The translations under genes were made by a program, and so were the position numbers. Under the pieces are notes generated by a model that did no database searches, was not told the DNA's origin, and worked only from the letters and a program-made list of their open reading frames with translations. Shown piece after piece: positions 18,378 through 28,172 of a DNA stretch of 64,000 bases; position 1 is the first letter of the stretch, and each line of letters starts with the position of its first letter. Origin of the DNA: an uncultured virus (IMG/VR IMGVR_UViG_3300001041_000018) (lineage: Duplodnaviria; Heunggongvirae; Uroviricota; Caudoviricetes); the IMG/VR virus record IMGVR_UViG_3300001041_000018; one strand, given 5' to 3'.

Positions 18378-18396
18378 GTTGAATTCAGGTGTGAAT
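18352..18396 (+). promoter_or_regulatory. Sigma70-like promoter TTGACA-17-TAAGTT followed by the palindrome over the start site
   Basis: -35 at 18352-18357, TG + -10 at 18375-18380, site at 18383-18396. Confidence 0.75.
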
Positions 18397-18425
18397 TAAA
18401 AATGATGAAGTGAATTGGAGGCAGG

Positions 18426-18623
18426 ATGAAATTTAAGGTTGGAGATCGGGTAGTTATCGTTAAGGGCTCTGAAGAACATGGGATTCCTGTGGGTACCATC
18501 TGCGAGGTGTTTGACGCTGAAGACAGCCACGAGTTCCCCTACGAACTTCTGAACTTGTGCAACAGTAAGGTTTACAGCGAGAGCGTAACCGAATACGAAA
18601 TCGAATTTGCTACGGAGGACTAG
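18426..18623 (+). CDS. Small SH3/KOW-like protein
   Basis: MKFKVGDRV pattern; RBS. Confidence 0.7.
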   Translation: MKFKVGDRVVIVKGSEEHGIPVGTICEVFDAEDSHEFPYELLNLCNSKVYSESVTEYEIEFATED

Positions 18624-19583
18624 ATGGAAGAAAAAGCGCTGGACGCGCACTACGATTACGAGTTCAAGGGGATCAGGCTAGACCCCTACCGCATCATGCA
18701 GGTCTACAACAAGATCACCCACCCGGCCCACCAGCACGCCTTCAAGAAGCTGCTTCGGGCTGGTGAATCAGTCAAGCCACTCAAGCAGGACATCCGCGAA
18801 GTTATCATGACGCTGGAGCGCTGGCTGGGGATGATCGAGGAAGAGGAGGGGGTTGAGAAGCAGGTGAACTTTTCACAGGAATCACTTTTGGATTGGATTA
18901 CCCGTGATGCAACAAAAGGGGGATGGACTCCTTCACCCGATCAAGTTCTAACAGGCACTGGAGGTCACGTAGGGACAATCCCCAGAGGTGGCGGAATGAG
19001 ACTAGGAACTGAGCTTGGTGGAATCGCCTACTGCTCCGATTCCACCAGGAATGATCCTAGTAAGTCCGACTCCTCCGTACTTACTACGCAAGATCCTGAG
19101 GATAATCTGGATCGTGAGATCAGGAACTTGGAGCAGGAGGAGAAGGAAAAGGCTGGGGTGTGGGACATAAAGGAATTAATTAAAACCCTCAACAGCCGGA
19201 TTCAAGAGGCTGAGGAACCTGGCGCCTACTACCACGCGGACGTGTCCAAAATTATCAAGGATATCGCCGACTTCGGGAGTTACGCGCTAGGCAACTACGA
19301 AGGGCTCAACCTCGCTGAATCGAACCTGGACCTCGGTGCAACAAACCGCTTGAAACCTGTGGAGGATAAGGCTGAAATTCAGGACGACTCTAAATTGGAC
19401 CCGGCAGAGTATGGAGTCACTTGGAACTTTTCAGGCGGACGGGTGAAACCTGCGGAAGCCTGCATCAAGCAGTCGATCAAAACTCTCGAAGACGCCTACG
19501 ACACTCCGGAGGTGAAGGACGAAGAAGTCGCTCAGGTAAAGGGCTGTTTCAACACTGGCGCCAGAACTTTCAGGGCTTACTAA
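18624..19583 (+). CDS. Hypothetical protein with DUF3310-like N-terminus
   Basis: LDPYRI...HAFKKLLRAG...QDIRE. Confidence 0.75.
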   Translation: MEEKALDAHYDYEFKGIRLDPYRIMQVYNKITHPAHQHAFKKLLRAGESVKPLKQDIREVIMTLERWLGMIEEEEGVEKQVNFSQESLLDWITRDATKGGWTPSPDQVLTGTGGHVGTIPRGGGMRLGTELGGIAYCSDSTRNDPSKSDSSVLTTQDPEDNLDREIRNLEQEEKEKAGVWDIKELIKTLNSRIQEAEEPGAYYHADVSKIIKDIADFGSYALGNYEGLNLAESNLDLGATNRLKPVEDKAEIQDDSKLDPAEYGVTWNFSGGRVKPAEACIKQSIKTLEDAYDTPEVKDEEVAQVKGCFNTGARTFRAY

Positions 19584-20927
19584 ATGAGCGCCTCGGTTCA
19601 ACTGGAACTCAACGCGCTCAAGAAGGTGCTCCAAGACAAAAATCCGGAATTGCTGGTCAGGCTTTCCCCGAGGCACTTCGGCAACGAGGAGCTTGCCAAG
19701 CTTTTCTCTCTAGTTAAGAGATTCTTCGTAGACACGGGCCAGTTCATCGGCTGGGATGTTCTCAGGAGCAATGTAGCCTCCAAGTGCTCGACAGCGGACA
19801 AGCAGCGGTACCTGATGGCTCTCCTAGATCAGATCCAAGAAAGGGACATCGCTGGCTTGACCGACGATATGCTCATGGCCGAGTTGACGGACCAAGTTAA
19901 GATGCGACATTTGCTTCTGGGTCTCCAAGATATCGCCCACGCCGCTGAAGCAAGGGACACAGAGAAGGCCTTCGCGCTTTTTAGCGGGTTGCAGGAGCAG
20001 ATCCTTCTGACGGGCGATAACGAGATTTTGAATTCCGACATGCTCGCCCTTGCGGGCGCAGACGTTAGCTTCGAGTGGCGCACAACCGGAGTTCCGGATA
20101 TCGACCGCAGGAATGGGATTTCTCTTGGTTCGTTGGTTCTGATTTGTGGCGACACCGGGACGGGGAAATCGACCCGAGCCCATTCCATCGGCATCCACCA
20201 GTACAACAAGTACCGCGAGGGCGTTGCCTACTGGAGTTGGGAGCAGGGCAAGAAAGAGATCATGGCGAGGATCTGGTCGCACGAATCTGATGTGGATCTC
20301 GGCAACATTATTTCTGACGAATTGACGAGGGAAGAGCGGGGGAAGCTTAGGGTTGCGAAGTTGAAATTCCTCTTCATCAATTCAGATGTGAATTTTGTGG
20401 AGGAGAGCCTTGAGTCTGGTTTATCAGAGGAAGAATTCATCCGGGAAGCGGCTCTGCGATTCGAGCGGAAACCGGAAGGATTTTATATTTACGACCACGC
20501 TCCGAACTTCGATGACCTACTGGTGGAGATGGAACTGCTGAGGAGCACGAAGGGCGTCCGGATTTATATTTGTGACTACATAACTATCATCCCGGCAGGT
20601 GCAGGGCACCGAGGACTTCAAAGCTGGGAGCGCTATCTTGAAATGTCAAAGGCCCTTAAGACCTTCGCCAGGAGGGGAAACTGCATCGTCATCACGCCCC
20701 TGCAGTTCGACTCCAAAGAAGGCAAGATCCGCTTTTCCCAAAACATTATCAACGACGCGGACTTGGCGCTGTTCATGAGCCAAGACAAAGAGGACCTTGA
20801 ACTCGGGACCGTTACCAACAAGTTCGCTAAATTTAGGAATTACCGGACGATCCCAGGAGAGCCCTTGTCCAACTTCAAGCAGCTACGGGCTTTTGATCGG
20901 GCGAAATTTTTAGACATAAGTTTTTAA
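19584..20927 (+). CDS. dnaB: DnaB-like replicative helicase
   Basis: GDTGTGKS, SWEQ, ICDYIT, ITPLQ, NDAD, KFRN. Confidence 0.9.
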   Translation: MSASVQLELNALKKVLQDKNPELLVRLSPRHFGNEELAKLFSLVKRFFVDTGQFIGWDVLRSNVASKCSTADKQRYLMALLDQIQERDIAGLTDDMLMAELTDQVKMRHLLLGLQDIAHAAEARDTEKAFALFSGLQEQILLTGDNEILNSDMLALAGADVSFEWRTTGVPDIDRRNGISLGSLVLICGDTGTGKSTRAHSIGIHQYNKYREGVAYWSWEQGKKEIMARIWSHESDVDLGNIISDELTREERGKLRVAKLKFLFINSDVNFVEESLESGLSEEEFIREAALRFERKPEGFYIYDHAPNFDDLLVEMELLRSTKGVRIYICDYITIIPAGAGHRGLQSWERYLEMSKALKTFARRGNCIVITPLQFDSKEGKIRFSQNIINDADLALFMSQDKEDLELGTVTNKFAKFRNYRTIPGEPLSNFKQLRAFDRAKFLDISF

Positions 20928-20936
20928 GGAGGAATC

Positions 20937-21101
20937 TTGAAAGTCTACACCGAGCACGTCTGGTGCTGCTACAACTGCCCTAATCGGCAAAAAGGTTACG
21001 GCGCGGATTACTGCTCTAATAGCGGGAAGGACATTCACAACACGAATGAGATCTCCTGGCACTGCCCCCTCCCCAACTCGGAGGAGACCCAATGCAAATG
21101 A
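20937..21101 (+). CDS. Small Cys-rich protein
   Basis: AGGAGG + TTG; translated by hand; ends WHCPLP. Confidence 0.55.
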   Translation: MKVYTEHVWCCYNCPNRQKGYGADYCSNSGKDIHNTNEISWHCPLPNSEETQCK

Positions 21102-21313
21102 GATGCCCTCTCCTGAAATGTGGAGGGACCAAGGATGCGACCGTCTGCGTCTACATGTGCAAGACGGGCACGAAATCGAAGTGCCCTGAATATTCAAGGA
21201 AGTACCAGGAACTTCTAAAATTTCAGCCTGAGGAAAAAATTACGGAGAAGTATGGGGCACCTGAATTGGTGCTGCCACTATCGCTGAGGAAAAAGAGGAG
21301 GAAGCGTGTTTAG
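21092..21313 (+). CDS. Small Cys-rich basic protein
   Basis: GGAGGAG RBS. Confidence 0.65.
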   Translation: MQMRCPLLKCGGTKDATVCVYMCKTGTKSKCPEYSRKYQELLKFQPEEKITEKYGAPELVLPLSLRKKRRKRV

Positions 21314-21593
21314 GTTGGGATTGGCTGCTGAGGATAAGCCCACAGCAGACTTGCACAAGTCAGTAAATCGAGGAGGCGACCTGCGACCTTTTATCAAGGA
21401 GGAGATCGCACTGTGCGCTAGGTGTGGAGGCACGGGAGAAATCCAGCGCGAGGAGTTGGCTGACTACCATCACCGCGAGTACAACCGCTGGTTAGAGCCC
21501 TGCGACGAATGCAACTCGACCGGAAGGATCTACAAGCAAACCCTGAGTCTGACAGGATTCAGGCCATTTAAGGAGGCAGGAGATGGAAATTAA
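21306..21593 (+). CDS. DnaJ-type zinc-finger protein
   Basis: CARCGGTG and CDECNSTG. Confidence 0.7.
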   Translation: MFRLGLAAEDKPTADLHKSVNRGGDLRPFIKEEIALCARCGGTGEIQREELADYHHREYNRWLEPCDECNSTGRIYKQTLSLTGFRPFKEAGDGN

Positions 21594-21858
21594 AGCTGGA
21601 GACAAAGTTAGGATCAAGAGTTGGGAGAAGCTGCTTGAGGAGAACGCAGAATTCTATGCAGAGGCCTACGTGGAAATTGATCGCGGACCCGCGTTTGTTG
21701 AGGAGATGCAGGAGTTTTGTGGGAAAGACCTGATCGTGGCTAATACCTGGGACCACGAAGAGGAAGATGAGCAAACCTATACTTGGTTCGAGCAAGAGGG
21801 CGGTGGCTATACTTTCTCCTCCTGGATGGTCGAGGAGGTTATCTCGAATGAAATATAA
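21583..21858 (+). CDS. Hypothetical protein (KOW/SH3-like)
   Basis: KAGDKVRIKSW...M..FCGK. Confidence 0.7.
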   Translation: MEIKAGDKVRIKSWEKLLEENAEFYAEAYVEIDRGPAFVEEMQEFCGKDLIVANTWDHEEEDEQTYTWFEQEGGGYTFSSWMVEEVISNEI

Positions 21859-22075
21859 TTTTTTCTGCAGGCATTGTGGATTCTCCATCCTCTCCAACGA
21901 CAAAGCTGAAATAAAATTCGCCAAGCAGATGCACAAGGCCAGAGTAATCAAGGACCTGCAGGGATTCAAGCGGGTCATCCCGAAGTGCATCCTGGTTCCC
22001 GTAGGTGATTCCGGGACGGTCGCTCGTCCTGGCTTGGCACACATTCTGGAAGCGCGGAGGGGCTATGTTGGGTAA
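21848..22075 (+). CDS. Hypothetical protein
   Basis: GGAGG RBS before ATG 21848. Confidence 0.6.
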   Translation: MKYNFFCRHCGFSILSNDKAEIKFAKQMHKARVIKDLQGFKRVIPKCILVPVGDSGTVARPGLAHILEARRGYVG

Positions 22076-22217
22076 GATCGAGAAATTCGTTAGCGAACTC
22101 GTAGTCTCGCTGATAGCAGCCTGCATCCTCTATGGAATCGCAGGGCTTTGCCTCGGGCTAGGCGCTCTTGGGCTGGATTACTTCCGCGCTTCGGTGCGAG
22201 TAAATTTTGGAGGTTAA
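22065..22217 (+). CDS. Small membrane protein
   Basis: GGAGG RBS; hydrophobic. Confidence 0.6.
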   Translation: MLGKIEKFVSELVVSLIAACILYGIAGLCLGLGALGLDYFRASVRVNFGG

Positions 22218-22219
22218 AG

Positions 22220-22501
22220 ATGAGCGTTGATTGGTATGCGTGTGAAAGGTGTGGCGAGACATTTCCGGATTGTGGGGATTACGTCCGTTGCGCCTGCTGC
22301 ATGAAGTGGTGCTCCGATGAGTGCGCCGAGAAGGACGGTTTCGTGTGTCCCGATGTAGTAGACGAAGATTCCGACGAGGAATCCTCCTGCAAGTTCTGCC
22401 GAGGGGAAGACGTGGACAACGACACTCTCCTGAAGCACTGCCTCAAGATGCTAGACATCTCCCGAGAGGACGCTGTGGCGAACTACTTTGGCAGAGGCTA
22501 G
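22220..22501 (+). CDS. Cys-rich hypothetical protein
   Basis: MSVDWYACERCGETFPDCG; RBS. Confidence 0.75.
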   Translation: MSVDWYACERCGETFPDCGDYVRCACCMKWCSDECAEKDGFVCPDVVDEDSDEESSCKFCRGEDVDNDTLLKHCLKMLDISREDAVANYFGRG

Positions 22502-23255
22502 TTACAACAAATCCCCAATCGAGCCGCTGGGTTACCTAGGCTGGAAACAACATTCAACCTTCAAGCACCACCTCAGAATCCCGCTGCCTTATCTCAAGGT
22601 AGTGGTAAAAAATTACCGGGACCTCACTGAGGTCCCAATTTTATTGCCTGGTTTGATCGAGAAAATCGACCAGCACCTTTGGAGCACCATGCAAGAATTA
22701 GAGTTTTTCGAGAAGAAGCTGAAAGCCTCCGGAGTCCCGGTCCCGTACATCCGGAATAATGAAACGCCGGTCGCGGGAGTCAAGACCGTGAACGCCTACG
22801 ATTTGATTCTGGGTGACATAAATAAAATCCTTGGAAAGCCGTTGGTCCTCTACTTCCACTCGGGGTTTGAGTCCGCTGCTCTTCAGGCCGCGTCGAACGT
22901 GATTAAGGCAGCGATAAAATCCGGAGTCGATGCCAAGATGACTAGTTTTGGGAAGCTCATGGAGGAAGTCAAAAAGTGGGACCAGAATAATTACGTGGCG
23001 ACCTCAGCCGATAAAGCTGAAATCCTTTGTCTGTACATGGTTGGCACGGAGTACACCACCGAGTTTAGTCAGTCGGTACTGCGAATGCTGATCCAGCACC
23101 GCAGGACGGAAGGCAAGCCAACGTTAGTTTGTTCACATTTGGACCCTGTGGAGTTCAAAAAGAGGTACTTCGAACTGACAGGGGTTGCTATGAAATGGGA
23201 AGACCCTGGGATGGTAGTGACGGTCGATGAGTTGGTTAAGTATTTGAAGTCTTAG
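22488..23255 (+). CDS. Degenerate DnaC/IstB-like protein
   Basis: C-terminal ILCLYMVGTE...LIQHRRTEGKPTLVCSHL matches the DnaC/IstB layout; no Walker A. Confidence 0.6.
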   Translation: MAEASYNKSPIEPLGYLGWKQHSTFKHHLRIPLPYLKVVVKNYRDLTEVPILLPGLIEKIDQHLWSTMQELEFFEKKLKASGVPVPYIRNNETPVAGVKTVNAYDLILGDINKILGKPLVLYFHSGFESAALQAASNVIKAAIKSGVDAKMTSFGKLMEEVKKWDQNNYVATSADKAEILCLYMVGTEYTTEFSQSVLRMLIQHRRTEGKPTLVCSHLDPVEFKKRYFELTGVAMKWEDPGMVVTVDELVKYLKS

Positions 23256-23301
23256 GCGCTTTTGCGCCTAAACAAATTCAGAAGTGAATAGGAGAAGTAA
23301 A

Positions 23302-23544
23302 ATGATGATTTTGGGAATGAAGTACAAGGACAAGATTACCGGGTTCACCGGCATTGCTACTGGGCATTGCGAGTACATCAGCGGCTGCAACCAAACACTG
23401 CTTGCACCTGCTGTCAGCGAGGCTGGGGATTTCAAGGAAGGCCGCTGGTTCGACGATCAGCGCCTCGACACAGTAGGCAACTCGGTGATCCTGCTCGACA
23501 ACAGCGAGACCCCTGGCTGCGACATCGCGGCTCCGGTGAGGTAG
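23302..23544 (+). CDS. Conserved small phage protein
   Basis: LGxKYKDKITGFTGIATG...YISGC...WFDxQRL. Confidence 0.8.
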   Translation: MMILGMKYKDKITGFTGIATGHCEYISGCNQTLLAPAVSEAGDFKEGRWFDDQRLDTVGNSVILLDNSETPGCDIAAPVR

Positions 23545-23582
23545 TTTTGGTCGAACAAATTCAGATATGAATAGGAGGGGAA

Positions 23583-24986
23583 ATGGCTTATACCGCAGTA
23601 ATTTCGAAGTTGGAAAATGTGAGGAAGCACTCGAACGCTGATCGCCTGAACGTGGCTACGTGCCTCGGCTACCAGGTGATCGTAGGCCTTGAGGCCAAGG
23701 AAGGCGAAGTCGTGGTGCTGTTCCCGGATGACGGGCAGATCTCCGAGGTGTTCGCTAAGGCCAACGATTTGGTTGGCTACACGGACCCAGAGACCGGAGA
23801 GAGGAAAGGCGGCTACTTCGATGCGAGTCGCAGGGTCCGTGCTCAGAAGTTTCGTGGCGAGAAGTCGGAGGCTTTCGTGATCGGGCTGCACTCACTGGCC
23901 TTCACGGGTTACGACCTGAAGAAGCTGGAAGTCGGGACCAAGTTCGTAGAACTGGGTGGAATCTCGATCTGCAACAAGTTCGTGACCGAGGCTACCAAGA
24001 GAGCAGCCGCAGCAAACAAGCCGAAAACACCCAAGCTGAACGAGTCATTGAAGAGGATGTTCCCTGAGCACCTCGAAACCGACCAACTCAGGCACGCAAG
24101 GCCTGACGAGTTGATGGGCCTGGTGACGCTGACGGCTAAATTACACGGCACCTCGGGCAGAAGTTCGAAGCTGAGGGTCAAAGAAGAGCGCCCGCTGAAA
24201 TGGCGTGAGGAACTTTACTTCGCATTCGCTGACGCATTCTTCGGTCCCGAGAAGCACCTCTTCAACTTCTTCCTGTCGGACCTGAAGAAGGAGCAACTTC
24301 GTGAAAGGCCTTCCTACGAAATCTGGAAGTCGGTCTACGGCACGCGGAGGGTGATCAAGGGCGAGGTCCGAGGCGAAGTCAATGAGGTCGATAAGGACTT
24401 CCGCGAGAAGTGCCACCAACGGCTTGCGCCTCACCTCAAGCAGAATGAGGTCTGGTACTACGAGATCGTAGGCTTCGAGGAATCAGGCAGGCCGATCATG
24501 AGCACCGTCGATTGCTTGAAGATGGGTAAGGATTTCGTGAAGCGCTTTGGTAAGACCATGACCTACAAGTACGGCTGCTTGCCTGCCGAGTGCGAGATCT
24601 ACGTCTACCGGATCGCCCTGATGGGTGAAGACGGCGGGATGCTGGAGATGCCTTGGGGAGTTGTGAAGGAGCGCTGCAGGAAAGCTGGGGTGAAACATGT
24701 GCCTGAGGTAAAAGCGGCGGATTGGTGTCGAACCCGACTGGTCCGAACTGAGGATAACGTGGTTGCCTTGAAGGATTGGGTGGAAATTTTGACTGACAAA
24801 GTGGACATCGCAGATCCTATCGACCAGAGCCATATCAGAGAAGGCGTGTGCGTCCGAGTCGATAATCTCGAAACCGGCTCCATGAAAATCTTCAAGAACA
24901 AGACGCTAGATTTCAAGATTTTAGAGGGCATCGTAAAGGACACCGGAGTGGTTGATACAGAGGAAGTAGAAGCGGAGGCCACATGA
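23583..24986 (+). CDS. ATP-dependent RNA ligase (Rnl2/DRB0094-like) with N-terminal OB-like domain
   Basis: HSNADRL N-terminus, motif I KLHGTS, YYEIVG, EGVCVR, FKNK. Confidence 0.85.
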   Translation: MAYTAVISKLENVRKHSNADRLNVATCLGYQVIVGLEAKEGEVVVLFPDDGQISEVFAKANDLVGYTDPETGERKGGYFDASRRVRAQKFRGEKSEAFVIGLHSLAFTGYDLKKLEVGTKFVELGGISICNKFVTEATKRAAAANKPKTPKLNESLKRMFPEHLETDQLRHARPDELMGLVTLTAKLHGTSGRSSKLRVKEERPLKWREELYFAFADAFFGPEKHLFNFFLSDLKKEQLRERPSYEIWKSVYGTRRVIKGEVRGEVNEVDKDFREKCHQRLAPHLKQNEVWYYEIVGFEESGRPIMSTVDCLKMGKDFVKRFGKTMTYKYGCLPAECEIYVYRIALMGEDGGMLEMPWGVVKERCRKAGVKHVPEVKAADWCRTRLVRTEDNVVALKDWVEILTDKVDIADPIDQSHIREGVCVRVDNLETGSMKIFKNKTLDFKILEGIVKDTGVVDTEEVEAEAT

Positions 24987-25183
24987 ACCCAATAAAGCAA
25001 CTCATGATCCACGCGGTGATGGGTAGGGCATTTCTAAACTGTGCTGACGCAAGCCAAATGGAGAACAAAGGATTCGCTAAGTTCTCCGGGAACCAGCACA
25101 ACGAGTCTTGGGCTTGGAACAAGGAAGCCCTTGGGAAACTGAGTACCGAGGAATTAGTGGATTTGTATAAAAGGGAGGTTTAG
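24983..25183 (+). CDS. Hypothetical protein
   Basis: ATGA overlap; RBS. Confidence 0.65.
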   Translation: MNPIKQLMIHAVMGRAFLNCADASQMENKGFAKFSGNQHNESWAWNKEALGKLSTEELVDLYKREV

Positions 25184-25187
25184 CCGG

Positions 25188-25682
25188 ATGAAGCACCATT
25201 TCCTCAACCTGACCAACGGAATCCAAGCCATTCAGGACTACGGCTTGGAGGACGTTAGGTTCATCCGAATCCAGTCTACGGCCTGCGAGCAGAAGCGCTG
25301 GGAAGACATTTTGATGACTCTCTCCGACGACTTCCTGATGTCCGCTGTGCTAGGACACGAGTGTGTGGTCTACGACTACGGCGCCAACAAGGACGTTCCG
25401 CGTGCTGTTTGGCAGGGGCTTGAGTGGGTGAAGTACGTCCTGTCGCGCAGGTGGCACGGAGAAATTTACCGCCCTGTGGGTAGGGCGAAGGCCTGCCAAA
25501 ATTACTTCGCGGTCCAATACTCCGGATTAAGCAGCCGCGCTAAAAGCAGGCTCGATTACTTCGCCCGGTACCTGAACGGCCCCCTTCGGATTAGCGCGAT
25601 CACGGGCGCAACCGACAAAGACGGCAAGACCGAGTGGTACGCGGGGATCGTTAAGGGCTGGACCTTGGCTGAGGCTGCGTGA
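25188..25682 (+). CDS. Conserved hypothetical protein
   Basis: FLNLTNG, FIRIQSTACEQ, PRAVWQGL motifs; RBS. Confidence 0.75.
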   Translation: MKHHFLNLTNGIQAIQDYGLEDVRFIRIQSTACEQKRWEDILMTLSDDFLMSAVLGHECVVYDYGANKDVPRAVWQGLEWVKYVLSRRWHGEIYRPVGRAKACQNYFAVQYSGLSSRAKSRLDYFARYLNGPLRISAITGATDKDGKTEWYAGIVKGWTLAEAA

Positions 25683-26719
25683 TGGAAATCCTTGAACTCC
25701 TAGAAAGCAAGGGCATCGACTACGAGCACAAGGGCGGGGATGAAGTGGCCGTAGTTTGCCCCCATCAGCACCTGCATTCTGGTGGCGTGGATAATAAGCC
25801 CAGCCTAGGAATTAACGTCGAAAAAAGGGTGGCCCATTGCTTCGCATGTGGGTTCTCTTTGAACGAAGCAGGACTCCACCGGTGGCTCCTCGGTGAAGAA
25901 CTAGATGAAATGCAGGAGCTTGGGCTTGGGCTAAGAGGGATTCTGTCCAGAATGAGCAAGACCGAATCCCTCCCAGTTGTCGAGGAGGAGCAGTCGGTAT
26001 TTTTTCCGAGTGGGGAAATTTGGGACGAGGACGGATACCGAGGCATCAGCTTGGAGACCTACAGGCGGGTTGGGGCGATACGTTGTAGTCGAGGTCGTTA
26101 TGCTGGAAGAATCGTCTTCCCCGTTTATTTGAATGGGGAATTAATCGGAGTGGATGCTAGGGCTCTTGGTGATGAGCAACCCAAGTGGATTCGTAATAAA
26201 GGGCTGCTCGTAAAATCAAAATGGATTGCGTGTCACGACATTATCAAGGCGATGAAGCCTGACTTAATTTTACTAGGGGAAGGCCACTTTCATGCGATCA
26301 ACGGGATCGACAAAGGCTACGCAGCCACTTGTGCCTTCGGAGTAAATAATTGGTCAAAAAACAAGGTCATGCTCTTGCTGTCGATGGGGGCAACGGAAGT
26401 CTGCTTCTTCCCAGATTGTGACAAACCTGGATACCAAGCGACTCAGCGAATTTGTGCTTCGCTGATGCCCTGGTTCAAGGTCACCTGCGCCGACGCTTCG
26501 ATCTACTACGGAACCGGGAAGGATATGGGCGATCTGACTCAGGAGGAGATGGACCTGGCTGTTGAGCGAAGAGGCTCCATCAAGCTCCCCACCTGTCTCC
26601 TCGAAAATTGGGAGTTTAAAATCGAGTTTGGTGCCGAGTGCAAAAAATGGAAATGCCCTTTCAACGCGAAGGGGAAATGCGGGAACGAGTTGTACGAACC
26701 GGAAATTAGGAGGGAGTAA
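25679..26719 (+). CDS. DNA primase (zinc-binding + TOPRIM)
   Basis: CPH...H...CFAC, RIVFP, GEG, PDCDKPG. Confidence 0.88.
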   Translation: MMEILELLESKGIDYEHKGGDEVAVVCPHQHLHSGGVDNKPSLGINVEKRVAHCFACGFSLNEAGLHRWLLGEELDEMQELGLGLRGILSRMSKTESLPVVEEEQSVFFPSGEIWDEDGYRGISLETYRRVGAIRCSRGRYAGRIVFPVYLNGELIGVDARALGDEQPKWIRNKGLLVKSKWIACHDIIKAMKPDLILLGEGHFHAINGIDKGYAATCAFGVNNWSKNKVMLLLSMGATEVCFFPDCDKPGYQATQRICASLMPWFKVTCADASIYYGTGKDMGDLTQEEMDLAVERRGSIKLPTCLLENWEFKIEFGAECKKWKCPFNAKGKCGNELYEPEIRRE

Positions 26720-26722
26720 ATT

Positions 26723-27139
26723 TTGGATCATTACGAAAAATTTTGTTGCGCGGTCGATTTACTGGTTGAGGCAAATGAGCAATTCAGGGAGCGGTTTAAG
26801 GATGACAAGTGGTTCAGTGCGCTAGGGCCTGTGGGTTATGCGATGGAACTAGCTACGGTAACTGCGAACCCTAACCGGCGAGCAGGTAAAACCGAGTACA
26901 TCAAATCCAGAGCGCAGGCGGGTGACCTGATTGTGGTACATGATCCCACACTGATCTGCTTCTACTCGGACGTTGCTGAGACGGTTACTGAGTTCCAGTC
27001 AAGGAGGTGTGTGGAACGCTACAGCCGAATTTACGTAGACGAACCCCGGCTTGTGTTTAAGAATGAGCGGGTGAGGGATTTCTACGCATCCCTCTGCAAA
27101 GACGCGGACCAGACTTTCATCTTCCTCGGGAGGAACTAA
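26723..27139 (+). CDS. Small P-loop-like protein
   Basis: RRAGKT and IYVDEP resemble Walker A/B. Confidence 0.6.
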   Translation: MDHYEKFCCAVDLLVEANEQFRERFKDDKWFSALGPVGYAMELATVTANPNRRAGKTEYIKSRAQAGDLIVVHDPTLICFYSDVAETVTEFQSRRCVERYSRIYVDEPRLVFKNERVRDFYASLCKDADQTFIFLGRN

Positions 27140-27140
27140 A

Positions 27141-27500
27141 ATGCTCAACATCGTAGAAGCAACGGAGGACGCGAGGTACTCCTCGATCCTCCAAGAGGTC
27201 ATCGAAGAATTAAAGGGGATCGAGATTCTGCGCCTCGATTATGAGTCCGACTACCAAGGGCACGTAGACATCGACGTGCTGCTGGCTGACGGCAGGGTCT
27301 TCTCCTACAGGTACTGGTACGGCTCCTGCTCTGGTTGCGACGAGTGGGAGGACCGGAACCTGACTTGCGCGGAGATTAAGGACGTGATGAGTCAGGAGGC
27401 CACATTTTTCGGCGGGCTTGAATCTTACCAGACTTGGTGTGGGATGCGAGGACAATTCGCTCGCACCAACGACGACTTCAAGCTGACTGATCTGGGCTAA
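27141..27500 (+). CDS. Hypothetical phage protein
   Basis: DYQG...YGSCSGCD pattern. Confidence 0.75.
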   Translation: MLNIVEATEDARYSSILQEVIEELKGIEILRLDYESDYQGHVDIDVLLADGRVFSYRYWYGSCSGCDEWEDRNLTCAEIKDVMSQEATFFGGLESYQTWCGMRGQFARTNDDFKLTDLG

Positions 27501-27510
27501 AGGAGACAAA

Positions 27511-27804
27511 ATGAGAAAATACGAAACGCGGCCTAGAACCGGCGTCGAGACCTACTTGGAAGAAACCACCTGCGACCTTTGCGGTGCTGTAGCCAAGCGC
27601 GGTAATTGGGATTCTTCTTCCTGGGAGGTGAATGAAGTCGAGGTCGAGGTGACGGCTCGCCAGAAGGATGGCTCCAGTTACCCGGAGGGAGGTTGGGGCA
27701 CCGAGTTGACGGTGGACATCTGCCCGAAGTGCTTCAAGGATGTGCTGATTCCTTTCCTGAGGAAGAAAGGCGCCAAGATCGAAGAGCGGGAGTGGGATTT
27801 TTAG
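27511..27804 (+). CDS. Zinc-finger protein
   Basis: TCDLCG...DICPKC. Confidence 0.75.
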   Translation: MRKYETRPRTGVETYLEETTCDLCGAVAKRGNWDSSSWEVNEVEVEVTARQKDGSSYPEGGWGTELTVDICPKCFKDVLIPFLRKKGAKIEEREWDF

Positions 27805-27826
27805 GACCAAACAAAAGGAGAAAAAT

Positions 27827-28126
27827 ATGAAAGCAATTGGATATTTGGTTTTGAGTGTTTTGATTATCGGGCTGTCCTGCCTCTGGTCTGGGTACGCGCT
27901 GAGCATACTCTGGGGCTGGTTTGTGGTGGGTACGTTCGGACTGTCACAGTTGACCATCAACTCAGCAATAGGACTGTCGCTGCTCGTCTCCTACATGACG
28001 CAACCCTATGACAACAAAAAGAACGACAGAAGCCCAGAAGAAGCACTGATGCACGTTGCTTGCAAAGGGGTGGTGAAGCCTGCGGTTGCGCTTGGCCTTG
28101 GGTGGCTCGTTCGCCTGTTCGCGTAG
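27827..28126 (+). CDS. Membrane protein
   Basis: Three hydrophobic segments; RBS. Confidence 0.75.
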   Translation: MKAIGYLVLSVLIIGLSCLWSGYALSILWGWFVVGTFGLSQLTINSAIGLSLLVSYMTQPYDNKKNDRSPEEALMHVACKGVVKPAVALGLGWLVRLFA

Positions 28127-28172
28127 GGCTGACCCGCGACTAATCAAATTCACATCTGAATGGGAGGTAGAA

